Shown here: in pieces, positions 1 to 11,454 of the stretch | Layout: each line of letters opens with the position of its first letter | Numbering within the stretch: the stretch's first letter is position 1 | Assembly: GCF_044704955.1 (NCBI RefSeq) | Contig: NC_091986.1 | Location: forward strand, 178,126,001 to 178,190,000 | Direction: 5' to 3' | Source of the DNA: Pristiophorus japonicus | Lineage: Eukaryota | DNA: 64,000 nt | Position numbers and translations under genes: made by a program | The notes under the pieces: generated by a model | Databases searched by the model: none | Seen by the model: only the letters and a program-made list of their open reading frames with translations | What the model was told of the DNA's origin: nothing

Positions 1-181
1 TTTCAATTTTCCACAGGGTAGAAGTCCCGGAGTTATTGTGTAAACTGACAGTTTTTGTGTCTTTTCTCTGGGGGAAAAGATTCACTTTCAAATGGTTACC
101 CACCTGTCCCCAGTCATTTGAACACCTCATGTCATTTCTGGGTTTTGATAATTCAAGGTCAACCAGCAGCAAAATACATAC

Positions 182-294
182 ACAAATGTCATTTTACTGA
201 CGCAGTTCGCCGGTGGGGTCCAGGTGTAAGTGACGTTGCCGTTTTTGTCATTGATGTTCGAATGAGTAATCGCACTATTCTCCCTGTTGAAACA
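182..294 (-). CDS. Copy A exon 3 (CFNRENSAITHSNINDKNGNVTYTWTPPANCVSKMTF)
   Basis: 113 nt, AG/GT bounded, same length and phase in all three copies. Confidence 0.85.
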
Positions 295-3200
295 CTGCAG
301 TGAGGTAATGCAAGAAGTTAATGCTTAGAAGTACAATGGGTCAGAATTTGCTAGAGTGAGGCATCTCGAAGCATGCCTTCAACCTTCAGCTCAAAACATT
401 TTTGACCTCTAGTTCCAGTCTCACCAGCCAGGGGAAACAGCCTCCCTGCATCTGTCCTGTAAGAACTGTATATGTTTCAATGAGGTCACCTCTCATTTTT
501 CTAAACCCCACAGAATATATGCCCATTCTATTCAATCTCTGCTCATAAAACAGCCCTCTCATCCCAGGACTCAATCTGGTGAACCTTCACTGCACCCTCT
601 TGAAGGCAATTATATTCTTCCTTAGGTAAAGAGACCAAAACCATACACAGTTCTTCTGGTGTGGTCTCACCAAAGTCTTATATAGTTGCAGCAAGACGTC
701 CTTATGTTTATACTTAAACCTCTTTTCAATAAAGGCTAACATGCCATTTGGCTTCCTAATTGCTTGCTGTACTTGCATATTAGCTTTCCGTGATTTGTGT
801 ACAAGGACCCGCAAATCCCCCTCAATAAATCCAAGAGTTTATCTCCTTAACCAATGAGATTAAAGGATTGAGAAAGAAACAGGAAGGACGGAGAAAGAAA
901 TGGAGTGAATTAGAGTCAAATCGGGTATTGAAAGAGAAATAGAGAGGGAAAGAAAGATTGGATTAAGATGGCAAGAGAGAGGAAAAGAAAGAAAAAAAAA
1001 GATAAAATTACATTTTTTTTAAATCTCCCAACAATTCACAACCTGAAGGAATGGGACTCCAAACTTTTAATTGGACCCTTTCTGGGTCAGAGAGGTTGAT
1101 TGGCCATCATTAACAATTATCATGTCGTTAAAAGGATACTCATGCTGTTAATTACTAGACTTCATCTTCTGCTGCGAGTATAATGGGCAGTTAATGCCCA
1201 AAAGCAGTAACCTCATGAAACTCAGGGAGGAGTTTGAATATCTCTCCAGAGCTCAGGCTCCGAATTCTGGGTCAACATCCAGTGGGTGTTTCATCTTCCG
1301 TCTGTCCACCCCTCCCTCCCTGTGTGTGAATTGTCAGAATCCATAAACCCTTCCCTCCACATAGGACTGACCATCCCTCCACCCCCCCACCCTCACCACA
1401 AAATCGGCTGGTATAAAGATGGTCATGGCCATAGAAGGAGCATTCACGTCTTGGCCTGTCAGGCTGTTACGTCTCGGCCTGTCATGCTCTACTCAGAGGG
1501 AAAATATGGAAGCACCAATATTCCAAAATCTACAGCAAAAGCAAAAAATCCTTTTTGACCGAATCATGAAAACAGTAGGACCATTATAAGATTAATTACA
1601 ATTGTAGTATTGATACACAAATTATTCGTACCGCTAAAGTTTTCGTATCCGGTGATGATGTTGACCACGTGCCGATTACAATAGCAGCACCGGGTTCCCG
1701 TGCTTGCAATAGGATGCCTTTGTATATTCCACCCGCTATTTTCACTGTAAAGGAAGGGGAGATTTTCTTGGTACAAGTGCATTTTTTTTTACTAACAGCA
1801 TCCCATCAAATCTGTAAGCAATTAATTGTTTTGCTGGAAACTATTCACATGAGAAAACAGAATTTAACAAGAAGTTGTTACACATGAAAAAGATTAATGG
1901 GCACCGAGGAATTGGACAGACCAAACACCCAAAGATCAACTTCCTGCGTTCATATACTTGGGAGTACAGTTCTGGTCTTCATAATTACAAAATGGGTGTA
2001 GAGGCACTGGAAAAGGTGCACAGAGATTTTACAAGCATGATTTTATTTTTATTTATTCATGGGATGTGGGCATCACCTGCAAGGCCTGCATTTATTGCCC
2101 ATCCCTAATTGCCCTTAACTGAGCGGCTTGCCATTTCAAAGGGCAGTTAAGAGGCAACCATATTGAAACATAGAGGACAGACCGGATTATGGGGAGCAGA
2201 CAGGGCTAAGTCCATGATCAGATTTGATTTGATCTTATTAAATGGTAGAGCAGGCTCGAGGGGCCGAATGGTCTACTGCTGCTCCTATTTCTTATAAGGG
2301 CAGATTTCCTTCCCTAGAAAAGGGCATTATGGGGCGGAAATTGCCCTGCTCTGAGCCTCCCGTTTGCGCCTCCGGAGTGGCGCTAATGGGGCACAAAACT
2401 ATTTGCGCGTGGTGGAGGGATGCTACCGGCTCCCGCGAAATTGAGTGGGGGTTAACAGAGGCACAAACACAGTAGCACCATGCCAAGCTAGTAGCGCCCC
2501 GAACAGCCGACGATGACGTCATCGCCGTGCATGGCGACCCTTTTGCGCCCCAAAGCGGAAGTTGCACAGCGCCCCGTGAGGTTGCCGCGTGCCAGCATTT
2601 TTTTTTTCTTCAGCCCCATCAAAGTCACATGGTCTGGACCGCGATCATAGCTCTGGTGACTCTGTAGACGTCATCAAAGGGCCTGCAGAGGTCGCAGCAG
2701 CCCTCCACTTTAACAGAAAGGGAGGGCCGTTGAAACGGATCATCGTTACTCATTAGAGTGCACCGTAAATCCTGCAACTTTGCGCCCCCTATGGGTTTTT
2801 ATATGGCAATCTGGTAGTTATATAATCACCATTACTGATACTAGCTTTTTATTCCAGATTAATTTATTAATTGAATTTAAAATTCCCCAGCTGCCGTGGC
2901 GGGATTTGAACTCGTGTGTCTCGATCATTAGCCCAGGCTTCTGGATTATCAGTCTAATACCATAACCACGATGTTACCGTTCCCTATATACCAGAACAGA
3001 GAGGATGTATGTATCGGGAAAGACTGAACAGGCTGCGGCATCCTTCCTCTAGAAAAGAGAAGGCTGAGGGGTGACCCGGCAGAGGTCTTTAAAAATTATG
3101 AAGGGTTTTTGATAGGGTAGGTGTAGAAAAGATGTTTCCAGTTGTGGGAAACACCAAAACTAGGGGGCAAAAATAAAAGATAGTCACTAATAAATCCAAT

Positions 3201-4171
3201 AAGGAATTCAAGAGAAACCTCTTTATCCAGATTGGTTGGATGTGAAACTCCCTACTACTTGGGAAGGTTGAGGCGAATAGCATATATGCAGTTAACGGAA
3301 AGCTCGATAAACACATGAGGGAGAAAGGAATACGATATGCTGATAGGGCGAGATGACAAGGAGTGGGAGGGGGCTTGTGCGGAAGTGTAAACACCGACAT
3401 GGACCAGTTGGGCCAAATGGCCTGTTTCTGTGCTGTTCATTCTATGTAATATAGTATCTCTCGCATCAGAAAGGTATCTCAGGATGCATCATATGAAGAC
3501 GTTAATTTTTTTTTAAATGGACAGAAGGAAAGAGAAGGGTGGGTACATCAAATTGGGGGAGCAGCACTGCAAGAAGAGGTGAAGAAAACCATCAAGACTT
3601 GGGAAGGAAAGAAGGGAGAGGCAGGCTTGGGGATTTAGGAAGGAAGATCCAGAGCATGAGGTATGATGACTGAAAGAAGCCAATGGTGAAAGAGAGAATG
3701 GGGAACAAGGTCTAGGCCAATGTCTGAGGAGCAAAGGTCACCAAGGTATGGTGGGGTGGGGTGGGGCAAGGTCAGAGAAGCATTTACCCAGTGCCCATTA
3801 CCCATTGTCCATTACCCAGTGCCCATTACCCAGTGCCCATTGTCCGGTGCCCATTATCCAGTGCTCATTACCCATTACCCAGCACCCATTACCCAGTGCC
3901 CAGTGCCCATTGTCCGGTGCCCATTATCCAGTGCTCATTACCCATTATCCAGTGCCCATTACCCAGTCCGACCTTCCAGCGCCGGGCTGCTGGTCTTGCT
4001 GAATCCGATGGTGTAGGGGGCCATGCTCTCCTGATGGGTAATGTTCTGGTGATTGGGGTGCATGGTTGTGCAGGCACTGATCGGCGCCCCGGTGGGAAGG
4101 GGTGAAACGGGCGAGCAGAGCGCCAGCAGCCCGAGCAGGGCGAGGCGGATCTGAGGTGGCGAGCTCTCCAT
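182..4171 (-). CDS. Reeler-domain protein gene, copy A (exons 1-3; exons 4-5 lie beyond the left edge)
   Basis: Exon 1 4171-3973 (ATG; donor GTCGGA), exon 2 1744-1632 (ttacag/GTACGA), exon 3 294-182 (ctgcag/GTATGT). Phases 1/0/2 join to MESSPPQIRLALLGLLALCSPVSPLPTGAPISACTTMHPNH...VKIAGGIYKGILLQAREPG..IGTW..CFNRENSAITHSN..K..VTYTWTPP, which carries the Reeler motifs GAP..AC..M.P.H, KG.LLQAR, SA.TH and W.PP. Confidence 0.85.
407..812 (-). mobile_element. CR1 LINE ORF2 C-terminal fragment in intron 2
   Basis: ORFs 587-814 (LLQLYKTLVRPH) and 386-574 (RGDLIETY) are CR1 ORF2 motifs. Also present at about 21850-22560 and 53335-53745. Confidence 0.8.
1632..1744 (-). CDS. Copy A exon 2 (VKIAGGIYKGILLQAREPGAAIVIGTWSTSSPDTKTLA)
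   Basis: 113 nt; pyrimidine-rich acceptor tctccccttcctttacag; Reeler KGxLLQAR motif. Confidence 0.85.
2331..2789. mobile_element. Putative MITE (non-autonomous DNA transposon)
   Basis: Imperfect terminal inverted repeats GGGGCGGAAATTG / CAACTTTGCGCCCC with TA-containing flanks; GC-rich interior. The left part is deleted in copies B and C. Confidence 0.45.
2990..3450 (+). mobile_element. Degenerate CR1 3' fragment in intron 1
   Basis: LEKRRLRGD-type coding remnant ending in a ttctatgt tail. Paralogous copies at about 24868-25320 and 55705-56165. Confidence 0.7.
3785..3966. repeat. 7/14-bp minisatellite (CCCAGTG/CCCATTA)n at the start of intron 1
   Basis: Directly visible tandem array abutting the exon 1 donor. 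Confidence 0.9.
3973..4171 (-). CDS. Copy A exon 1 (signal peptide + Reeler N-terminus)
   Basis: Kozak-like GACATGG; hydrophobic LALLGLLALC; 199 nt, phase-1 donor. Confidence 0.85.
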
Positions 4172-4177
4172 GTCCTG

Positions 4178-4270
4178 GTACTGAGTGCCGAGCTCCCCGG
4201 GCTCCGCCCCTCTTATAGCGGCTCAGTCCTGCTCCGCCCCCGCCGCTCCTCCCAAACCACACGTGCGGCT
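4178..4270 (-). promoter_or_regulatory. Core promoter of copy A
   Basis: Minus strand has TATAAG (4212-4217), GGGGCGG GC boxes on both sides, a CACGTG E-box near 4260 and an Inr-like TCAGT near 4182. TATA, GC boxes and E-box are conserved in all copies. Confidence 0.65.
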
Positions 4271-4349
4271 TTAGCTCTTTGAGATGCAGCTTGCTCTGAC
4301 CGAGCAGCTCCTCAGGACATCTTAAGGTGCTTCTTCTCCCATTACTGAC

Positions 4350-4958
4350 CACTTGAAAACTCGCCTCGGCATCAGAGGTTGTCGGTTCAAGTCCCACTCC
4401 ATGGACCTGCGCACCAAAATCTCGCTGACACTCCAGTGTAGTGCTGAGGGAGCTGCATTGTCAGAGGGACAATACTGAGGGAGCGCTGCACTGTCAGAGG
4501 GGCAGTACTGAGGGAACGCTGCACTGTTGGAGGGTCAGTACTAGGGAGTGCTGCACTGTCGAAGGGTCAGTTCTGAGGGAGCGCTGCACTGAAGGAGTGG
4601 CAGTACTGAGGGAGCTCTGCACTGTCGGAGGGACAGTATTGAGGGAGCCTCGCACTGTCGGAGGGGCAATACTGAGGGAGCCTTGCACTGTCAGAGGTGC
4701 AGTACTGAGGGAGTGCCGCATTATTGGAGGTGCCATTTTCGGATGAGACGTTAAACAGAGGCCCCATCTACTCCTTCAGGTGGCCGTAAAAGATCCCATG
4801 GCACTATTTCGAAGCAGAATAGGGAAGTTCTTACTGGTGTCCTGGTCAATCTTTATCCCTCAATCAACATCACTAAAAAAACGGGCTATCTAGTCATTCT
4901 CACGTTGCTGTTTGTGGGAGCTTGCTGTGCCTAACTTGGCTGTGGCGTTTCCCACATT
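4350..4958 (+). mobile_element. Deu-domain tRNA-derived SINE (SacSINE1/AmnSINE-like) with internal 32-bp tandem expansion
   Basis: B-box-like GGTTCAAGTCCC; Deu core TTCGGATGAGACGTTAAAC..AAAGATCCCATGGCACT; about 9 copies of CAGTACTGAGGGAGCGCTGCACTGTCGGAGGG at 4440-4735. Confidence 0.75.
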
Positions 4959-4959
4959 A

Positions 4960-5520
4960 AATAAGAACATAAGAAATAGGAGCAGGAGTAGGCCATTTGA
5001 TTCCTCGAGCCTGCTCCGTCATTTAATAAGATCGTGGTTGATCTGATCATGGACTCAGCTCCACTTCCTTGCCCGCTCCCATAAACCTTTATTCCTTTAT
5101 CACTCAAAAATCTGTCTATCTCCGCCTTAAATATATTCAATGACCCAGCCTACAATTCCACAGATTTACAACCCTCTGAGAGAAGAAATTCCTCCTCATC
5201 TCAGTTTTAAATGGGCGGCCCCTTATTCTGAGACTATGCTCCCTAGTTTTAGTTCCCCGATGAGTGGAAATATTCTCTCTGCATCCCGAGCCCCCTCATT
5301 ATCCCTACCGCAGAGAGTTGTTGATGCCAGTTCATTGGACATATTCAAGAGGGAGTTAGATATGGCCCTTATGGCTAAAGGGATCAAGGGGGATGGAAAG
5401 AAAGCAGGAAAGGGGTACTGAGGTCAATGATCAGCCATGATTTTATTGAATGATGCTGCAGGCTCGAAGGGCCGAATGGCCTACTCCTGCACCTATTTTC
5501 TATTTTTCTATGTTTCTATT
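4960..5520. mobile_element. Two CR1 3' ends fused back-to-back (minus 4960-~5300, plus ~5303-5520)
   Basis: Tails point outward (taagaacataag on the left, ttctatgtttctat on the right); the ORF 5140-5421 switches orientation at SLPQRVV. Also at 26897-27452 and 58017-58575. Confidence 0.7.
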
Positions 5521-5603
5521 GGCCCGGACTTTGCATTGAGAATAACGGTGAGGCTAACAGCGCTCATGGTTATGGAGTAAATCGGACATCAAATTCTGGA
5601 GTA

Positions 5604-6120
5604 GATATAGAAACATAGAAAATAGGTGCAGGAGTAGGCCATTCGGCCCTTCGAGCCTGCACCACCATTCAATAAGATTATGGCTGATCTTTCACCTCAG
5701 TACCCCTTTCCTGCTTTCTCTCCATACTCCTTGATCCCTTTAGCCATACGGGCCATATCTAACTCCCTCTTGAATATATCCAACGAACTGGCATCAACAA
5801 CTCTCTGTGGTAGGGAATTCCACAGGTTAACAACTCTCTGAGTGAAGAAGTTTCTCCTCATCTCAGTCCTAAATTGCTTATCCCTTATCCTTAGACTGTG
5901 TCCCCTGGTTCTGGACTTCCCCAAAATTGGGAACATTTTTCCTGCATCTAACCTGTCCAGTCCAGTCAGAATTTTATATGTTTCTATGAGATCCCCTCTC
6001 ATCCTTCGAAACTCCAGTGAATAAAGGCCCAGTCGATCCAGTCTCTCCTCATATGTCAGACCAGCAATCCCGGGAATCAGTCTGGTGAACCTTCGCTGCA
6101 CTCCCTCAATAGCAAACATT
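5604..6120 (-). mobile_element. 5'-truncated CR1 insertion, unique to unit A
   Basis: ORF 5697-6179 is the CR1 ORF2 C-terminus. Flanked by GAGTA (5599-5603, 6121-6125); the site is empty at about 27533 and 58655. Confidence 0.85.
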
Positions 6121-6359
6121 GAGTACATACATGGACACACGGAAATCAGGATGTTGCGGTCTGTGTTACCCTCCTCCACCGCAGCCTGCGCTATAGCGGT
6201 ACCTTGCCAATCAACTCAACAATGAAATCAATGTAAGGGCATGAAGTTGCTGTTCTTCTTAGGCATTCCATGAGGGTCCTGACATTTCAGGTCCCAAACT
6301 TCATTTTAACGGTTGGAAGATGCCTGTGCGTAAATTCTTTTAAAGTGGGGTGGCGGTTG

Positions 6360-6855
6360 CCCACCAGCTACCACATGGGCTTGATAGAGCAAGGTCTTGG
6401 GCCAATGGCAAAGGGATCCAAGACGATTGGAGACCAAGCTCTGGTGCATAGTCCTAGCACACAAACACACACACATATTCCTACTGTCCCCCTCCCTCCT
6501 TCCCACAGGTCCTCTCTCCCTTGGTTTCAGAGAACGCAGTGTAGGCCTCCTGACCTCGCTACACCTTCCCTGGGCCCCGACCCTGCTGCTGGTCTATGCT
6601 GCGCAATTCCTAGGCATCGACCTCGCAGCTGGATCCCGACCTCACTCCTGGGCTCTGATCTCACTCCTGGGTCCCTATGTCCCGACCTGCTGCTGGGCTT
6701 GTCCTCTCTCCTGGGCCCTGACCTCACTGCTGGGTCCTGACCTCGCTTCACCTCTCCCGGTCCCCGCTCCTCCTGATCTCGGTGCCGGGCTCGACCTCAC
6801 TCCTCCGGGCCTCGCTCGACCTCGCTGCTCAACCAGACCTCGCTCCACCCGACCA
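6360..6855 (+). repeat. Unclassified interspersed repeat with ~19-bp GGGCCCTGACCTCACTCCT-like subrepeats
   Basis: Internal imperfect tandem repeats at 6570-6830; present in all three units. Confidence 0.4.
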
Positions 6856-7204
6856 TGAAGTTGCTGTACTTACTCACTGGACACTGACTAAATATGGCAG
6901 AATAGTTAGGGCTGTTGTATTCAGGTGTAAGTAAAGCTTAACAGTGTGATAAGTCTTAAATACTGCCAAATAACCTCTCTGGCACTGAACATTTAATTTT
7001 ACAAGTGTGGAATCGCATTCCTTCAGAATTTAATTAATGTTCGAGATTTTAAAAATATTAAAATATTTTTTTTTAACTTTTCCTGTTGGTCTCTTATCTA
7101 TCTCTCTGTTAATCCCTTCTTTCTCGATCTTTATTTCACTTACTGTACATGACTTAAATCTAATTTATACTTCCGGGTTTATACTTCTTGGTTTACTTCA
7201 TTTA

Positions 7205-10200
7205 TCATAGAATCATAGAAGTTTACAGCACGGATGGAGGCCATTTTGGCCCATCATGTCCGCGCCTAATCCCACTTTCCAGCTCTTGGTCCGTAGCCCT
7301 GGAGGTTACGGCACTTTAAGTGCACATCCAAGTATTTATTAAATGTGGTGAGGCTTTTTACCTCTACCACCCTTTCAGGTAGTGAGTTCCAGACCCACCA
7401 CCCTCTGGGTGGCGAAATTTCCCCTCATATCTCCTCTATACCTCCCCCAAAATTACTTTAAATCTAATGATCTCTGGTTGTTGACCCCCTCTGCCAAGAT
7501 AAACTGGTCCTTCCTATCCACTATATCCAGGCCCCTCATAATTGCATACACCTCAATCAGGTCTCCTCTCAGCCTCCTCTATTCCAATGAAAACAGACCC
7601 AGTATCTACAATATTTCCTCAAAGCCAAAATTCTCCAGCCCAGGCAACATTCTTGTAAATCTCCTCTGCACCCTTTCCAGTGCAATCACATCTTTCCTGT
7701 AATGTGGTGACCAGAACTGCACACAATACTCCAGCTGCGGCCTAACCAGTGTTTTATACAGTTCAGGCATAACCTCCTTGCTCATGTATTCCATGCCTCA
7801 ACTAATAAAGGCAAGTGTTCCATATGTCTTCTTAACCACCTTATCTACCTGATCTGCTACCTTCAAGGATCTGTGGACCTGCACTCCAAGGTCCCTTTGT
7901 TCCTCTACAGTTTTCAGTATCGTACCATTTAATGTGTATTCCCTTGCCTTGTTAGACCTCTCCAAATGCATTACCTCATACTTATCCAGATTGATTTCCA
8001 TTTGCCATTGTTCTGCCCACCTGACCAGTAGAAACATAGAAACATAGAAAATAGGTGCAGGAGTAGGCCATTCGGCCCTTCGAGCCTGCACTGCCATTCA
8101 ATGACTTCAAGGCTGAACATGCAACTTCAATACCCCATTCCTGCTTTCTCGCCATACCCCTTGATCTCCCTAGTAGTAAGGACTACATCTAACTCCTTTT
8201 TGAATATATTTAGTGAATTGGCTTCAACAACTTTCTGTGGTAGAGAATTCCACAGGTTCACCACTCTCTGGGTGAAGAAGTTTCTCCTCATCTCGGTCCT
8301 AAATGGCTTACCCCTTATTCTTAGACTGTGACCCCTGGTTCTGGACTTCCCCAACATTGGGAACATTCTTCCTGCATCTAACCTGTCTAAACTCGTCAGA
8401 ATTTTAAATGTTTCTATGAGATCCCCTCTCATTCTTCTGAACTCCAGTGAATACAAGCCTAGTTGATCCAGTCTTTCTTGATATATCAGTCCCGCCATCC
8501 CGGGAATCAGTCTGGTGAACCTTTGTTACACTCCATCAATAGCAAGAATGTCCTTCCTCAGGTTAGGAGACCAAAACTGTACACAATACTCCAGGTGTGG
8601 ACTCACCAAGGCCCTGTACAACTGTAGTAACACCTCCCTGCCCCTGTACTCAAATCCCCTCGCTATGAAGGCCAACATGCCATTTGCTTTCTTAACCGCC
8701 TGCTGTACCTGCATGCCAACCTTCAATGACTGATGTACCATGACACCCAGGTCTCGTTGCACCTCCCCTTTTCCTAATCTGTCACCATTCAGAAAGTAGT
8801 CTGTCTCTCTGTTTTTACCACCAAAGTGGATAACCTCACATTTATCCACATTATACTTCATCTGCCATGCATTTGCCCACTCACCTAACCTATCCAAATC
8901 ACTCTGCAGCCTCATAGCATCCTCCTCGCAGCTCACACTGCCACCCAACTTAGTGTCATCCGCAAATTTGGAGATACTACATTTAATCCCCTTGTTAAAT
9001 CATTAATGTACAATGTAAAAGCTGGGGCCCCAGCACAGAACCTTGCGGTACCCCACTAGTCACTGCCTGCCATTCTGAAAAGTACCCAATTAATCCTACT
9101 CTTTGCTTCCTGTCTGCCAACCAGTTCTCAATCCACATCAGCACACTACCCCCAATCCCATGTGCTTTAACTTTGCACATTAATCTCTTGTGTGGGACCT
9201 TGTCGAAAGCCTTCTGAAAGTCCAATTACACCACATCAACTGGTTCTCCCTTGTCCACTCTACTGGAAACATCCTCAAAAAATTCCAGAAGATTTGTCAA
9301 GCATGATTTCCCTTTCACAAATCCTTGCTGACTTGGACCTATCATGTCACCTCTTTCCAAATGCGCTACTATGACATCCTTAATAATTGATTCCATCATT
9401 TTACCAACTACCGATGTCAGGCTGACCGATCTATAATTCCCTGTTTTCTCTCTTCCCTCCTTTTTTAAAAAGTGGGGTTACATTGGCTACCCTCCACTCC
9501 ATAGGAACTGATCCAGGGTCTATGGGGTGTTGGAAAATGACTGTCAATGCATCCGCTATTTCCAAGACCACCTCCTTAAGTACTCTGGGATGCAGACCAT
9601 CAGGGATTTATCGGCCTTCAATCCCATCAATTTCCCTAACATAATTTCCCGACTAATAAGGATTTCCCTCAGTTCTTCCTTCTTACTGGACCCTCTGACC
9701 CCTTTTATATCCGGAAGGTTGTTTGTGTCCTCCTTAGTGAATACCGAACCAAAGTACTTCTTCAATTGGTCTGCCATTTCTTTGTTCCCCGTTATGACTT
9801 CCCCTGATTCTGACTGCAGGGGACCTACGTTTGTCTTTACAAAGCTTTTTCTTTTTACATATCTATAGAAGCTTTTGCAGTCCGTTTTAATGTTCCCTGC
9901 AAGCTTCCTCTCATATTCTATTTTCCCTACCCTAATCAAGCCCTTTGTTCTCCTCTGCGGAGTTCTAAATTTCTCCCAATCCCCGGGTTCGTTGCTATTT
10001 CTGGCCAATTTGTATGCCACTTCCTTGGCTTTAATACTATCCCTGATTTCCCTTGATAGCCACGGTTGAGCCACCTTCCCTTTTTTATTTTTACACCAGA
10101 CAGGGATGTACAATTGTTGTAGTTCATCCATGCAGTCTCTAAATGTCTGCCATTGCCCATCCACTGTCAACCCCTTAAGTATCATTCGCCAATCTATCCG

Positions 10201-11450
10201 AGCCAATTCACGCCTCATACCTTCAAAGTTAACCTTCTTTAAGTTCTGGACCATGGTCTCTGAATTAACTGTTTAATTCTCCATCCTAATGTAGAATTCC
10301 ACCATATTATGGTCACTCTTCCCCAAGGGGCCTCGCAAAATGAGATTGCTAATGAATCCTCTCTCATTACACAACACCCAGTCTAAGATGGCCTCCCCCC
10401 TAGTTGGTTCCTCGACATATTGGTCTAGAAAACCATCCCTTATGCACTCCAGGAAATCCTCCTACACTATATTGCTTCCAGTTTGGTTAGCCCAATCTAT
10501 ATGCATATTAAAGTCACCCATGATAACTGCTACACCTTTATTGCATGCACCCCTAATTTCCTGTTTGATGCCCTCCCCAACATCACTACTACTGTTTGGA
10601 GGTCTGCACACAACTCCCACTAACGTTTTTTGCCCTTTGGTGTTCTGCAGCTCTTCCTGCAGTCCGCAGCTTTCTTCTTCATTATCAACCACACAGCCTA
10701 TTATAGTGTCATCTGCAAACTTCATAATCATACCCCCAACATTCAAGTTAAAGCCATTGATATATACCACAAAAAGCAAGGAACACAGCACTGAGCCCTG
10801 CGGAACCCCACTGGATACAGCCTTCATGTCACAAAAACACACATCAACCATTATCCTTTGCTTCCTGCCTCTGAGCCAATTTTGGATCCAACTTGCTACT
10901 TTGCCCTGGATCCCATGGGCTTTTACTTTCATGACCAATCTGCCATGTGGGACCTTATCAAAGGCTTGCTAAAATCCATATGCACTACATCATATACACT
11001 GCCCTCATCGACCCTCCTGGTTAGCTCCTCGAAAAATTCTATTAAGTTAGTCAGACACGAACTTCCCTTAACAAATCCATGCTGACTGTCCTTGATTAAT
11101 CTACGTCTTTCCAAATGAAGATTCATCCTATACTTCAGGAATTTTCCAATAATTTTCCCACTACTGAGGTTAGGCTGACTGGCCTGTAATTACTCGGTCT
11201 ACCCCTTTCTCCATTTTTAAACAAAGGTGCAACATTAGCAGTCCTCCGTTCCTCTGGCACCACACCTGTCACCAGAGAGGATTGGAAAATGATGGTCAGA
11301 CTCTCTGCTATTTCCTCTTTTGCTTCTCTTAACAGCCTGGGATACATTTCATCCGGGCCTGGTGATTTATCCACATTCAAAGCTGCCATGCCCCTTAATA
11401 CTTCCTCTCTTACGATGTTTATCTCATCTAATATTTCACACTCCTCCTCG
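7205..11450 (-). mobile_element. CR1 LINE (RT to 3' tail), interrupted by a nested CR1
   Basis: Tail atcatagaatcatagaa; RT motifs VPQGSVL, FADD, DFSKAFD in fragmented ORFs. Uninterrupted in unit B (29005-30648). Confidence 0.85.
8031..10651 (-). mobile_element. Nested CR1 LINE (partial endonuclease + RT + tail), frameshifted
   Basis: ORFs 8127-8498, 8526-8948, 8995-9225, 9556-10254; IMGDFN endonuclease motif; gaaacatag tail. Confidence 0.88.
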
Positions 11451-11454
11451 TAAA

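Noticed and set aside
830-1260. Distant inverted similarity between intron 2 and 6860-7200
   Set aside because: Looks like two diverged copies of a common dispersed repeat; too divergent to argue for a structure.
1564-1782. ORF MHLYQENLPF.. (also 23287-23520)
   Set aside because: Wrong reading frame across exon 2; the spliced frame carries the Reeler motif.
3720-4105. Overlapping Cys/Pro/His-rich plus-strand ORFs (also 56442-57088)
   Set aside because: These are translations of the intron 1 minisatellite: open in all three frames, length varies by copy, and antisense to the real gene.
10462-10938. Apparent novel RT-endonuclease fusion ORF
   Set aside because: Chance in-frame junction of nested CR1 elements.
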